A stretch of DNA of 64,000 nucleotides from Desulfobacterales bacterium (GCA_963674755.2 CAXXVS010000003.1:1056001-1120000); one strand, 5' to 3'; shown: positions 20,395-31,186, counted from the stretch's first letter. Notes: generated by a model not told the origin, from the sequence alone. Translations and numbers: made by a program.

Positions 20395-20853
20395 TTAAAA
20401 GCCCCACAGCCCCCAAGGGAGCGGTACCATCAGTATTTTAGCAAACAAAAGATATATCCCCATGGTCACAGTGGCTGACATAAGGATGGTCCATTGCCAG
20501 GATGTGCCCAGCCACTTCATCAAAAAAGCCATTAAGATCAGCGAAGTTAACAAAAAACCCACATGGTCTGCCACCAGCATGTAGGTTACGATGATGCCTA
20601 AAACCAATAGGATATTCACCACAGCCGCCGCGCCCAGCCCAACCCATTGGGCATGAAGAATCCTTTCGCCGCGCCGGATGCTTCCCAAGGCTAACCCAAT
20701 CCCGGCTACGATGAATAATCCGGCCAACACGTTTGGGAAAAACTCTGGGCCGGGCAAACCGTCGGGCTGGGCCGGAAAACCCCGCGTATACATCATAACG
20801 GCTAGCCCGAAAACGATAGCGCAAAAACCGATCAGGGAGTTGCTTAATCGCAT
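20395..20853 (-). CDS. tctB: Tripartite tricarboxylate transporter TctB
   Basis: PGPEFFP, about 4-5 TM segments, C-terminal L.VPLPWG; between tctC and tctA. Confidence 0.9.
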   Translation of the reverse strand: MRLSNSLIGFCAIVFGLAVMMYTRGFPAQPDGLPGPEFFPNVLAGLFIVAGIGLALGSIRRGERILHAQWVGLGAAAVVNILLVLGIIVTYMLVADHVGFLLTSLILMAFLMKWLGTSWQWTILMSATVTMGIYLLFAKILMVPLPWGLWGF

Positions 20854-20950
20854 GGGATCAATACCTTTGCCATTGTAAAACCGGTGGGCCGAAAACCGGC
20901 CCATCGATTTTACGATTGTTTGCGTCATAATAATCAGATCTGATTTGGCA

Positions 20951-21919
20951 TTACTTGATCAGGCCTGCCGCTTTCATAACCTCGCCGAAGCTCTCATCGG
21001 AGGAAGCCACATACTCGGTGAAGTCGGACGATCCCATCCAGATCATGCCAAAGCCGCGATTCTTCATGAACTCTTGGAATTCAGCGCTGTTGTACACTTT
21101 AGCAATGGCCGCTTCCAACACCGCTGTAATTTCCTTGGGGGTCCCCTTGGGAGCTGCGATGCCGCGCCAAACCGCAAAGGTCCAATCCGAGCCCAGTTCT
21201 TTCAGAGTGGGGACGTCGGGGTAGATGGGGTTTCGCTGGTCGCTCATGACAGCCAGAGGTTTAACTTTGCCGGCATCGATCAAAGTCGCTGCTTCGGGCA
21301 AGGAGCAGATGGCCATGTCGATGCCTTTGGCCATTAGGTCCTGCAGTGCCGGCGCGGCACCCTTGCTGGGAATCCACTTGACGTCAGTGGTATCAAAGCC
21401 CAGCGATTGCAGCCAGCCGGCCATGGCCAGGTGCCAGGGACCGCCTCTTCCGACACCCGAGCCTGCCAGCTTACCGGGACTGCTTTTGATCTGATCAATC
21501 AACTTCGCGTAATCCCCGAAGGAATCAGGGCGTACGTTGATGGCTGCGTAATCAGCGTTGACCAGGGCGATGAAAGTCATGTCTCGATAGGTGAGATCCG
21601 TAAGGCCCATCCAATGCATCATATCAATTTCCGACACGGGCATGCCAATGGTGTAGCCATCGGGTTTTGCGGTGGCAATGGCGGTATGACCAACCACACC
21701 GCTACCGCCGGTGCGATTCACAACGTTGACCGGGACACCCAGTTCTTTTTTGAGTAAAGTAGCGATCATTCGCGAAACGGCATCGGTTCCGCCACCAGCC
21801 CCATAGGGGCAAATTAACTGGATAGGCCGATCCGGGTATTCGGCCATTGCCGTGCCCGTAACCGCGCCAAGCGCTAGAATCAAACTCAGAATGAACACGA
21901 ATGCGACATTACGACTCAT
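20951..21919 (-). CDS. tctC: Tripartite tricarboxylate transporter substrate-binding protein TctC (Bug family)
   Basis: YPDRPI.LICPYGAGGGTD, KPDGYT and PDVPTLKE motifs. Confidence 0.95.
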   Translation of the reverse strand: MSRNVAFVFILSLILALGAVTGTAMAEYPDRPIQLICPYGAGGGTDAVSRMIATLLKKELGVPVNVVNRTGGSGVVGHTAIATAKPDGYTIGMPVSEIDMMHWMGLTDLTYRDMTFIALVNADYAAINVRPDSFGDYAKLIDQIKSSPGKLAGSGVGRGGPWHLAMAGWLQSLGFDTTDVKWIPSKGAAPALQDLMAKGIDMAICSLPEAATLIDAGKVKPLAVMSDQRNPIYPDVPTLKELGSDWTFAVWRGIAAPKGTPKEITAVLEAAIAKVYNSAEFQEFMKNRGFGMIWMGSSDFTEYVASSDESFGEVMKAAGLIK

Positions 21920-22258
21920 CTCAACCTCCCCATACAATTGATGTTTTGGCATGAACCAACTACACCACGTAGTTGATTCGCCAAACACGTCGTTAGGTAT
22001 CTTTTCCCAGGTATCAAATAACGATTATCCATCGACGAAAGCCATCCCTATCGTTTTCTTGGCAATCAAAAACCATGTCATCGACGGGTTAAAGAATAAA
22101 AACCGACGACAACCGTATTCAAACCGGTTTGTCCCTATGGGGGAGTATTGGGACGCAGACGCTGCGGGCTCCACCGGCGATTTTATCCGATAAACCAGGA
22201 CATCTTCCATGTCGGGTAGAAGATGTCGGTCTGGCTTAGGCGTAAATTAAGGCGGTAT

Positions 22259-23020
22259 CTATGCCGCCTTGACCGTGTTTGAAAGCGTACCTGTTTTTTC
22301 TATTTGGACTTCCACCACATCGCCGGGTTCCATGGGTGCGATGCCTTTTGGTGTTCCGGTGGTCACGATATCGCCCGGGCAAAGGGTGAGGCACCGGGAC
22401 AGGTAACTTAACAAGGTTTCCACATCGAACACGCATTGGCTTGTATTGTCATCCTGCATCAATTCACCGTTAAGATAAGTTTTCACTTGCAGGTTATTCG
22501 GGTCGAGATCGGTGACGATATAGGGGCCAAAAGCGCTGAAGGTGTCAAAACTTTTCGATATGGTGAGATTGAAAGGATTCTTGGCAACCAGATCACGTTC
22601 GGTTATGTCATTAAAACAAGAATAACCTAAGATGTATTGTTTTGCCTTCTCTTCCGGGACATCTTTCATGGTTTTTTTGATAACCACCGCTAATTCGCCT
22701 TCGTAGTCGACGCGGGTGGCCGTCTTCGGATAGACAATCGCATCCCCCGGTCCGATCAGCGATGAAGGGGGTTTCAAAAAATAGAGCGGTTCTTCGGGTG
22801 GGGTCGCTCCGATCTCCTTGATGTGTTCCAGATAGTTCTGGCCGATACAGACAATCTTGGTCGGCAATATGGGGGGAAGCAAATCGACTTCTGCGAGCGG
22901 GTATCGCTTTCCGGTCTCGGCCGGATCGCCTAAAATGGAACCATCGAGCTCGAGCAGATCTTCACCGGAAACAATACCGAAATGGACTTGGCCGTCGTGG
23001 GAATACCGGGCATATTTCAT
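22259..23020 (-). CDS. Fumarylacetoacetate hydrolase family protein
   Basis: KIVCIGQNY, FLKP, DYEGEL, ND.T.R, KSFDTF and PGDIVTTGTP. Confidence 0.93.
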   Translation of the reverse strand: MKYARYSHDGQVHFGIVSGEDLLELDGSILGDPAETGKRYPLAEVDLLPPILPTKIVCIGQNYLEHIKEIGATPPEEPLYFLKPPSSLIGPGDAIVYPKTATRVDYEGELAVVIKKTMKDVPEEKAKQYILGYSCFNDITERDLVAKNPFNLTISKSFDTFSAFGPYIVTDLDPNNLQVKTYLNGELMQDDNTSQCVFDVETLLSYLSRCLTLCPGDIVTTGTPKGIAPMEPGDVVEVQIEKTGTLSNTVKAA

Positions 23021-23085
23021 GGGAAATCTCCTTTTTATTGATAAGCCATCTCATATCGAGCGGAAAAACATTTTTGAGATAGCAT

Positions 23086-23922
23086 CTAGTCGCGCAGCCA
23101 TTCGGGGAGCTCGGCGTCCGGTACCCCGGCGAAACAGCACTGATAGCGGCATTTCGCACAACTTCCCTTGAACCCCGGCAATGTGGGTTCGCCTTTAATT
23201 CCTTCGACGATGGCGATGGCTTTCTTGACATTTTCTTCCGGGCCGTCGATCACCAGGACCACCGCTCCGGCCGATTCGCCAATACCTCCCGAGGCCACGT
23301 GCTTGGCATCCACATCGGCCAGAATTTTCAAGGCCTGGATTTCGGTGACGACCTCCGCATTTGGGATCAAGAACATGCCGAAATCGGCCCCCATTGTATA
23401 ATCCAATGTTTTGGCACCCGTGTAAGCACAGGCTTCATCGACGTTTGGCACCAGTTTCTCGAGACCAACGGGTACGATATATTTCAGTCCTTGAGACACT
23501 GCGGTACCCAAGGTTACCCCCATGGTGCCGCCGTCGAAGCCGGAAGAGATAACCGCCACCTTGCCGTTTACGTCGATCGCATTGGCCCCCTTGATGAGAA
23601 CGGTCTCCTTATGAAAGTCGGTGAGGGCCTCGGGCAGAGATTTCTCGGATTGCTCTCCCTTATATAAGATAATCGGAAACGGTGTGCGCTTGTCCGCATC
23701 CGTCACACAGAGCATCCTGTGCGAACTGGTGCCGGCCGTAAATTTCTCCGGCGGGATATCCACGCGGCCGCAGATTTCCTGCGCTACATAGGCATTGGTC
23801 GTTCCACCGTTAATAATCACATAACCCTTTGCGCTGGCGGTTTTGACGGCAGGCATCTGGGCGACACCTTTTCCAATAAGTCTTCTCGATTCTGATGGGA
23901 CGAGCGTTACAGCAGCTTTCAT
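23086..23922 (-). CDS. Hypothetical protein, probable RpiA/DeoR-C/CoA-transferase-like fold, with a C-terminal Cys cluster
   Basis: GGTTN, IKGANAID and IVPVGLEKL motifs; CAKCRYQCC; AGGAG RBS. Confidence 0.75.
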   Translation of the reverse strand: MKAAVTLVPSESRRLIGKGVAQMPAVKTASAKGYVIINGGTTNAYVAQEICGRVDIPPEKFTAGTSSHRMLCVTDADKRTPFPIILYKGEQSEKSLPEALTDFHKETVLIKGANAIDVNGKVAVISSGFDGGTMGVTLGTAVSQGLKYIVPVGLEKLVPNVDEACAYTGAKTLDYTMGADFGMFLIPNAEVVTEIQALKILADVDAKHVASGGIGESAGAVVLVIDGPEENVKKAIAIVEGIKGEPTLPGFKGSCAKCRYQCCFAGVPDAELPEWLRD

Positions 23923-24049
23923 GTTGTTCTCCTTTTTCGATTTAAGGACCGCAGGCTAACTCTTCTAAGACGTCCACATGCCGACTGAAGATGACCGTTC
24001 GATAAGAGAACGGCCGTACTTCGGCCAGGTGTTGTTAAAAACAGGTGCG

Positions 24050-24841
24050 CTACAACAGGCCGCGGTAAGCACCGCCATCAACAAGGATGTTTTGCCCGGT
24101 AATGTATCCGGCTGGCATACTGGCTAAAAAGGCCGCCAGCGCTCCGAAATCGGACGGATCGCCCATCGTACCGATCGGAATGTCGGCTGCCATTTCCTCG
24201 TAAACCTGCTCGACCGGCTTGGTTTCACGCGCGGCGGTATCCTGGGCCACCTGATTCACGCGCGATGTCTTGTGGATACCGGGTAGCAACGCATTGACGG
24301 TAATCCCATAAGGCGCCAGCTCGGTTGCTATGGTTTTGAGGAATCCGGTCAAACCGGCCCGGGCCATATTGGATAACAGCAGGTTGCCGATGGGTTGTTT
24401 GACGGAAATAGATGTAATTGCAATGATTCGGCCCCAACGTTTGGATTGCATTCCCGCGGCAACACCATGGATCAGATGGACGGCACTCAGCAAATTCAGC
24501 TCCAGAGCTGTCGGGTAGGCCTCGATCGGAGTGCTGGCAAAGGTGCCGGGAGGCGGTCCGCCCGCATTGGTCACCAGGATATCCGGCGCGCCCACCGAAT
24601 CACAGACCGAGGCCAGCAGGCTTTGAATATCTTCGGGTCGGCTCACGTCAGCGCCAAATCCTATGACTTCGGTTCCGGTCTTGGTTGCAATCTTTTGGGC
24701 CGCCTGTTCGGCATCGCCGGTGTGACGGGCGCAGACGGCGACCCGGCATCCTTCGGCGGCCAGTTTTTCGGCGCAACCGAATCCCAAGCCCCTGCTGGCC
24801 GCGGCTACCAGAGCGGTTTTCCCCCTGATTCCGAAATCCAT
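24050..24841 (-). CDS. SDR family oxidoreductase
   Basis: AASRGLG, NAGGPP, SNxxR atypical active site, YITGQNILVDGG. Confidence 0.92.
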   Translation of the reverse strand: MDFGIRGKTALVAAASRGLGFGCAEKLAAEGCRVAVCARHTGDAEQAAQKIATKTGTEVIGFGADVSRPEDIQSLLASVCDSVGAPDILVTNAGGPPPGTFASTPIEAYPTALELNLLSAVHLIHGVAAGMQSKRWGRIIAITSISVKQPIGNLLLSNMARAGLTGFLKTIATELAPYGITVNALLPGIHKTSRVNQVAQDTAARETKPVEQVYEEMAADIPIGTMGDPSDFGALAAFLASMPAGYITGQNILVDGGAYRGLL

Positions 24842-24863
24842 CGTGATTCCTCTCGTTGGGTGC

Positions 24864-26180
24864 TCACAGGTCGTTTTCGCCTATCGCATCGGCCGCCAAC
24901 TGGATCGGGTGTACCGTCCGAACTTTCGATCCGTTGCCTAGCTGCGCCGCAATCGTCATACGGCAACCCGGACAACCGGTAGCAAGGATAGACGCGCCTG
25001 TACGCTGTATATTTTTAATCTTTTTAGACGTTATCGCGGCAGCGATTTCCGGATGGTCCACCTGAAAGACACCCCCGCCGCCGCAGCATTTTTCGGCCTC
25101 CGGCATCTCGACGAAGTTCGCATTGGGCAGTCGCCGAAAAAACGCGCGCAATTGGGGGCCGACGCCTTGGCCTTTCGATAAGTGGCAGGGATCGTGATAG
25201 GTGAAAGTCACAGGATGGCGATTGTCTAAGAGTTCCGGCAACCACACGTGGTTCTCGGCAACGAACTCCATCACGTCACGTGTTTTTTCAGACAGGCGTA
25301 CCGCGGCATCAATCAGGGCATCGTCAACGTTTTGGCCATCTGCTTTCATCTCTTTAAGCAGTGGAACATATTCCCGGCGAAGGGCCGCGCCGCAGGTCGC
25401 GCAGTCAACGATTACCGCGTCGCTATCGGCCCGCGAAAAGGTTTCGACCACGTCACGGATGCTTTCAAGCGCCAACTCCCTTGCGCCCGATAAAATAATC
25501 GGAATACCGCAGCATCCTTGTCCTTTCGGTGTTTCGACCTCAACGCCCATACGGGGCAGCACCTTGAGAACGGCCTTGCCGATCTCATCGGAGAGATAGT
25601 TGGTCGCGCAGCCGTGAAAATAGAGGACACGGGCGCGTATCGGCCCGACGGCCGGCGTTTTCGCGGGGGCCGTATGGTTGAACGGCTGTTGGTTGTATGG
25701 GGGAATCCCGGCCACGGGAATGTTGGCGGGCGCGCCACGCATGATGAGCCTTCTGAAATGCCGGTCGGCCCAAGCCGCAAAGCGCGCCGAGGCCGATAGC
25801 ATCCACTTTTTAGCCAAAATGCGGTAAATGGCTTTTTTGCGCCAATCGATGCCGATTTGCCGTGTTGCCAGCCAACGCATACCGGAGAACAGCTGGGTGC
25901 TTTGCACACCGCTCGGGCAGGCAGTCATACAGGCCCCGCATAGCAGACAACGGGAAAGGATTTCCTTCATCGATGGCGAAAGCCCCAGGCTGGCTTCCAG
26001 AATTCGCTTTGATAATTGAACCTTGCCGCGCGGACTGACGGTCTCTGTCAAACACACTTGATAGACAGGGCAGGCGCTTAGACAAAGTCCGCATTTGCTG
26101 CAATTATCCGGCTTGGAAATGACGCCCTGCAAGGAGGGCGTATCCTTACGGGTATTGTTCGCAGACGGCTGTCGTTTCAT
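24864..26180 (-). CDS. glcF: Fe-S subunit of a 2-hydroxy-acid dehydrogenase (GlcF-like)
   Basis: Two CxxCxxCxxxCP motifs plus CCG domains (QGCCG, YHDPCHL, KCCG, TGCPGC); start chosen from the GAGGGG RBS. Confidence 0.88.
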   Translation of the reverse strand: MKRQPSANNTRKDTPSLQGVISKPDNCSKCGLCLSACPVYQVCLTETVSPRGKVQLSKRILEASLGLSPSMKEILSRCLLCGACMTACPSGVQSTQLFSGMRWLATRQIGIDWRKKAIYRILAKKWMLSASARFAAWADRHFRRLIMRGAPANIPVAGIPPYNQQPFNHTAPAKTPAVGPIRARVLYFHGCATNYLSDEIGKAVLKVLPRMGVEVETPKGQGCCGIPIILSGARELALESIRDVVETFSRADSDAVIVDCATCGAALRREYVPLLKEMKADGQNVDDALIDAAVRLSEKTRDVMEFVAENHVWLPELLDNRHPVTFTYHDPCHLSKGQGVGPQLRAFFRRLPNANFVEMPEAEKCCGGGGVFQVDHPEIAAAITSKKIKNIQRTGASILATGCPGCRMTIAAQLGNGSKVRTVHPIQLAADAIGENDL

Positions 26181-26248
26181 CTCGGGACCCCTCAATCTTC
26201 CCATACGCGTTTTCCCGAATCGTTCATCCATACAGTCCCGCAAGAAGA

Positions 26249-27622
26249 TCAATACAACTTGCCGGGATTGAGTATGCCGCGCGGGTCCAGAACCTTTTTG
26301 ATATCGCGCATAAGGCCTCGGCTGTCTTTATGAAGGAACAGATCCAGATAGTGGATTTTCGCCGTTCCGATGCCATGTTCGCCTGACAAGGCCCCGTCGA
26401 GTTCGGCCGCCTTCTTCACCATATCCGCCTCCGCCTGTTTAACTCGGCGCCATTCATCAGGATCGGCTTTGTCCATCAGGAAATGCGGATGAAGGTTGCC
26501 GTCGCCGGCATGGGCCACGGTCGGGATGAGCAGATCGTACTTTTCAGCAATCCCGCGAATGGCTGTTATCATGGCCGGCAGATGTTGCACGGGAACGGTA
26601 ATATCTTCGGCGACACAATTCGGCCGAACACGGGTCATCACCGCAAACTGGTTGCGGCGGGCCGCCCACAGCGCGTCACCTTCTTCGGGCGTCTTCGCGA
26701 CGTTTACCTTAGCGGCACCCTGATCACGGCAAATCTTCGCGATGGTTCCCACCTGGCGGTCGAGACTTTCTTCCACCCCGTCGACCATAATGAGCAGCAA
26801 GCCGGCCGCTTCCACAGGCAAACCGGCATGCGTATACTCCTCGATAAGGTTGATAGAGGTATGGTCCATAAGCTCCAGAGCCACCGGAAGAATTCCGGCC
26901 GCGATAATTTGGGTCACGGTTTTACCGGCGGCTTCGAGATCGGAAAATACCGCCTGAATCGATCGCTGGCCTTCCGGCTGGGGAAACAGTTTCAGGGTGA
27001 TTTCCGTAATGACCCCAAGGGTGCCTTCGGAACCGCAGAACAGGCTGGTCAGATCGATACCGGTGACATTCTTGACCGTGCGTCCGCCCGTTTTGATGAT
27101 TCGGCCATCGGCCATAACGACGGTCAGCCCCAGCAGATAATCCCGGGTCACACCATATTTTACCCCCTTGAGGCCGCTGGCATTTTCAGCAACATTGCCG
27201 CCTATGGTGCTCACATTCAGGCTGCCTGGATCAGGAGGATAGAAAAGGCCGTGGCGTGCCAGCTCAGCCTGCAAGTCGCCGTTGACAACGCCCGGCTGTA
27301 CCACGGCCAGCCGGTTTTCCCTGCTAATTTCGATGATGCGGTTCATTCGCGAAAACGCCAGTACGATGCCGCGCTTTTCCGGCACGGATCCCCCGCTCAA
27401 ATTCGTTCCCGCTCCGCGCGGCGTAACCGGAATCCATTCCCTGTCGGCAATTTTTAAAATACTGGCGACCTGATCGGTTGACTTCGGCAACAGGACAGCT
27501 TCGGGCAGGCTTTCGGAAATGGCCGCATCGTAAGAATAGCAGATCAAATCTTCCGGCCGGTCAAGATAGTTGTCCGAGCCCACCACATCTCGTAGTTCGT
27601 CCTGCAAGTGTTTGGGAAACAT
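26249..27622 (-). CDS. glcD: FAD-linked 2-hydroxy-acid dehydrogenase (GlcD/LdhD-like)
   Basis: PRGAGTNLSGG, PPDPGS, GSEGTLGVIT, HAGDGNLH and SGEHGIG. Confidence 0.92.
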   Translation of the reverse strand: MFPKHLQDELRDVVGSDNYLDRPEDLICYSYDAAISESLPEAVLLPKSTDQVASILKIADREWIPVTPRGAGTNLSGGSVPEKRGIVLAFSRMNRIIEISRENRLAVVQPGVVNGDLQAELARHGLFYPPDPGSLNVSTIGGNVAENASGLKGVKYGVTRDYLLGLTVVMADGRIIKTGGRTVKNVTGIDLTSLFCGSEGTLGVITEITLKLFPQPEGQRSIQAVFSDLEAAGKTVTQIIAAGILPVALELMDHTSINLIEEYTHAGLPVEAAGLLLIMVDGVEESLDRQVGTIAKICRDQGAAKVNVAKTPEEGDALWAARRNQFAVMTRVRPNCVAEDITVPVQHLPAMITAIRGIAEKYDLLIPTVAHAGDGNLHPHFLMDKADPDEWRRVKQAEADMVKKAAELDGALSGEHGIGTAKIHYLDLFLHKDSRGLMRDIKKVLDPRGILNPGKLY

Positions 27623-27795
27623 CGCTTATGCTCCTATATATCCAGTTCGGCGTACGGATCGGACCACTCGGAATCGGTAACCTAGGGACCACGCAATCGT
27701 GTAAATGAACCCCCAAATGATCCTTCTTCTTGCTGCCGGTCCAAGGGGGTGCAAGGCCGCCGGCCCATTCAGCGGCATCCATCCCATGTGATGCT

Positions 27796-29097
27796 TCAAT
27801 GGCTGGTTTCCCTTTCCCAAAGCGAAATAAGATTCCCCGACCGATCGAAATTTAACCGAAGTGAAGATGGATCCACCGTGACATCGGCCCTGCCGGCCAA
27901 ATCCGCCAGGCAGCCCTCCGATACCAACAGGCAGGCCAGATCCAGCGTATTTTTAATATGGACAAGACGCAGATCCCGCATCGTATAGGGCCGGATCGTC
28001 TTAAGGGCGGCGGCGACGGCTTCCTTGTCGGTTGCAAAGGTCAAGGGCACCATTCCGGATTCAGGGCAGCAGGATGTCAGGCAATTCACCGCCGTAACAG
28101 CAAAATCGATTTTGTCGACTAACCGTTTGACCGTAAAGTCAGCCTGACCGATTCCCAGGGCGGCCCCTTCGGATGCCTTGGTCAGATCCCGGACAAAAAT
28201 CCGGGTGATCTTGGGCGAAGAACGTCGCGCACCGCATGTGCAGACATCCCGGCCTACCACGTTGGGATCGATGCCCTCGCCACTGATATCTTTTCCCAGC
28301 TCATCCACGACCAGCAAATCGATCTTATCGAGGGGCAGGGTGGGGAGGTATTGACGTGCCGATTTTAAAAGCGCGGTCTCAACGGCTACGATATCCTCCG
28401 CCAAAGCCATCTTTAAATCGCAGGTTTCATGGTGCTGGTTTTCCACCAGCCCGACCCCGAACAATACGCGGCAGCGTTTAATGAGTTCTGTTCCAGCCGT
28501 GCTGATGACATCATAATAGCCGCGTTCCATGGTCAGGCGATGATAGTGCTCGGCACCGACTTGATTCCCCAGGCCGATGGCCATCATCTTGACCAGTCCG
28601 CTTTCCGTCTTTCCGAAAAAATTGGTGTGCGGCTTCACGCGATTGATCAGTACAATACCGTCGGCTTCATGGGCCAGGCGATCGACAAACAGCGATATCC
28701 CGTCCGTCTCGCCCATCGGGACCACGTCCATGGTGGCTTTCACCGGTGCCCCCACCCGCTCCTCGCAAACCCCGCGCGCCCGAAGCACTTCGATTTGTCC
28801 CTCGGGCGTTGCGCCGCCATGGGAGCCCATGGCCGGTGTGATAAAAGGTGTGCATCCTGCGCTTTTCAATCGGGCGACCACTTCCCTGACAACCGCAGCG
28901 AGATTGGCGACACCCCGGCTGCCCACGCCCACAGCGATGCGCATGCCGGCCGTTAAGATGGATGTCTTGTCCAGCCGATCCCATTCTTTTTGAACCGCTG
29001 CAGGGATATCCACGGCAGGGGGCACCTGATACATCTGCCGCACCAGTTTCATTTCCGGCAGGTCAATGTCCGTGTCCTTAAATTCGGCTAATTGCAA
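27796..29097 (-). CDS. Lactate-racemase (LarA) N-terminal-domain protein
   Basis: GSRGV, PAMGSHGGAT, NRVKPHT and GKDISG.G.DPNV.GR; TTG start after GGGAGGG. Confidence 0.82.
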   Translation of the reverse strand: MQLAEFKDTDIDLPEMKLVRQMYQVPPAVDIPAAVQKEWDRLDKTSILTAGMRIAVGVGSRGVANLAAVVREVVARLKSAGCTPFITPAMGSHGGATPEGQIEVLRARGVCEERVGAPVKATMDVVPMGETDGISLFVDRLAHEADGIVLINRVKPHTNFFGKTESGLVKMMAIGLGNQVGAEHYHRLTMERGYYDVISTAGTELIKRCRVLFGVGLVENQHHETCDLKMALAEDIVAVETALLKSARQYLPTLPLDKIDLLVVDELGKDISGEGIDPNVVGRDVCTCGARRSSPKITRIFVRDLTKASEGAALGIGQADFTVKRLVDKIDFAVTAVNCLTSCCPESGMVPLTFATDKEAVAAALKTIRPYTMRDLRLVHIKNTLDLACLLVSEGCLADLAGRADVTVDPSSLRLNFDRSGNLISLWERETSH

Positions 29098-29167
29098 ACT
29101 CAGACCCTCCCAGACAACCGGCGCATGGCGTACATATCAATCGCCCCCTTGCTATTCACCCGGATCA

Positions 29168-30487
29168 TCACATCAGGCTCGGCAACCACAATACCAGCTG
29201 GGGAAAAAGAATCACCAGGAGCAGCGCCAGAAGCTGCAAGCCGATAAATGGAAACACGCCTTTGTAGATTTGCCCCATCGTCACGTAATCCGGTGCGATA
29301 CCTTTCAGATAGAACATGGAATAGGCGAACGGTGGTGTAAGAAACGACATTTGAAGATTTACGCAGGTCACAATGGCGAACCAAAGGGGGTCGAAACCCA
29401 ATTCGATCGCAATCGGAGTGAAAATCGGGATAACGATGAACAGAATGCCGATCCAGTCGATAAACATCCCCAGAACGGTTACCATCAGCATCATGACAAC
29501 CAGGACACCCCATTTACCCAGCGGCAGACCGATGACAAACGCGCCGATGAACTTGGCGCCATTGAGCGCCATGAAGACGCCGCTGAACATGACGGCGCCG
29601 ACCGTTACGAACATGATCATGGTCGTAATGCGCAGCGTTTGCAGTGCGGAATCATAGAGTATTTTCCGGGAAAAGCGTTTATAGCCGATGGCCACAATGA
29701 CGGCGCCAAAGGCCCCGACGGAGGCCGCTTCCGTCGGTGAAGCGACACCGATCAGAATGGTCCCCAAGGTAGCAAAAATTAAAAACATCGGAGGCAGCAT
29801 ATATACGGCTATCTCGACTAAGATCTTCGAAAGAGGAACCTCCGCTAGCTCTTCTTTCGTCATGGCGGGGCCGTATTCCGGCTTTATGAAGCAGACGATC
29901 ATGGTGTAGAGTATATACAAACCGGCTAAAAGGACCCCGGGTACGATAGCAGCGATAAACAATTTGGCCACTGACAGACCGGCCGTGGGGCCGTACAATA
30001 ACAGCATGACACTTGGTGGAATAAGAATGCCAAGGGTTCCCCCGGCGCAGATCGAACCGGTGGCCAGCGGGATGTTGTATTTTCGTTTGAGCATCGCCGG
30101 CAGGGCCATCAATCCCACGATCGTTTCTGTCGCGCCAACCACGCCGGCGGTTGCGGCAAAAACAGTGCATAGCGATATGGTCGATACGGCCAGTCCGCCC
30201 CGCAATCTGCCCAGCGCACGGTATAAGGCGTTGAACAGCTTTTCAGCAGCCCCCGACTGGGTAAGGATGGCCCCCATAAAAATAAAAAGCGGCACCGCGG
30301 GCAGGACTTCGCTTGCCATAACCCCATAAATGCGGCTGACGAACTGGTCGTACACCATCGGCGCCCACCCGCCGATAATCCCGAAGATCAGACCCAGGCC
30401 GCCAAGTGCGAGATATAGGGGCAGTCCGCTCATGACGGCCATCAAGACACCGAAGAACATGACAACAGCAAGATGTTCAGAACTCAT
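29168..30487 (-). CDS. dctM: TRAP transporter large permease
   Basis: AVPLFIFMG, GGTLGILIPPS, PTEAA and FLTPPF. Confidence 0.93.
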   Translation of the reverse strand: MSSEHLAVVMFFGVLMAVMSGLPLYLALGGLGLIFGIIGGWAPMVYDQFVSRIYGVMASEVLPAVPLFIFMGAILTQSGAAEKLFNALYRALGRLRGGLAVSTISLCTVFAATAGVVGATETIVGLMALPAMLKRKYNIPLATGSICAGGTLGILIPPSVMLLLYGPTAGLSVAKLFIAAIVPGVLLAGLYILYTMIVCFIKPEYGPAMTKEELAEVPLSKILVEIAVYMLPPMFLIFATLGTILIGVASPTEAASVGAFGAVIVAIGYKRFSRKILYDSALQTLRITTMIMFVTVGAVMFSGVFMALNGAKFIGAFVIGLPLGKWGVLVVMMLMVTVLGMFIDWIGILFIVIPIFTPIAIELGFDPLWFAIVTCVNLQMSFLTPPFAYSMFYLKGIAPDYVTMGQIYKGVFPFIGLQLLALLLVILFPQLVLWLPSLM

Positions 30488-30998
30488 AGGGTTCACCTCT
30501 CAAGGCCAGCGAAGCATTCTTGACCAACTCGACAATTCCTTGCAGAAACATCATGGTGAAGGCTACCGGCAAAACGGTCTTGATAGGATACACCGGCGGC
30601 TGCCAATAGCTGATGTAGGAATGCTCCATTATCTTCCATGAGTAGGCCGCGTATTTGTAGCTGTAGATGATGAGAATGCCATACAGGGGAAGGAAGATAA
30701 AAAGGTACATGAGCGTATCGAACCAGGCCTGAACTCTTGTGGGATACATGTTATAGAGCACGTCGACCCGGACATGGAGTTTATGCTTCAAACCGTAGGC
30801 ACCGCCCAGCATGAACAGCGCCGCATACTCCATCCATGTCAATTCGTAGGCCCATTTGGTTGGCGCCTGGAAGAAATAACGCATGATGACATCGTAAACC
30901 GTACCCATAACCAACGGTACGATTAGCCAGCAGGCGATTTTGCCGGTCCATTCACTGACAAACTCGATACAGGCGAAAGTTTTCCGAAGTGCATTCAT
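30477..30998 (-). CDS. dctQ: TRAP transporter small permease
   Basis: DVIMRYFF.APT.WA.EL and HVRVDV; 4 TM segments. Confidence 0.92.
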   Translation of the reverse strand: MNALRKTFACIEFVSEWTGKIACWLIVPLVMGTVYDVIMRYFFQAPTKWAYELTWMEYAALFMLGGAYGLKHKLHVRVDVLYNMYPTRVQAWFDTLMYLFIFLPLYGILIIYSYKYAAYSWKIMEHSYISYWQPPVYPIKTVLPVAFTMMFLQGIVELVKNASLALRGEPYEF

Positions 30999-31186
30999 TT
31001 TTGTCGCATCCTATCTTTTCCCATCGTTCCCAATTTAGCGACCGGCGATAGGCAGGGCGGTATACGCCAAGTTCTTTCCTAAAAGCAGGCTGGCCTTCGC
31101 CATGGCTGTCCGGGGGCGGCGGCTACCGCCCCCGAAGGGAGGTGACCGCATCGGCAGCCACACCCCAAACCATATGTCCGGCACGT

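Noticed and set aside
21960..22240. ORF 22025-22210 between the FAH gene and tctC
   Set aside because: Short, with no recognisable motif; may be intergenic or a decayed fragment
27626..27820. 64-aa ORF between the larA-like gene and glcD
   Set aside because: Overlaps the upstream gene end and has no motif or clear RBS
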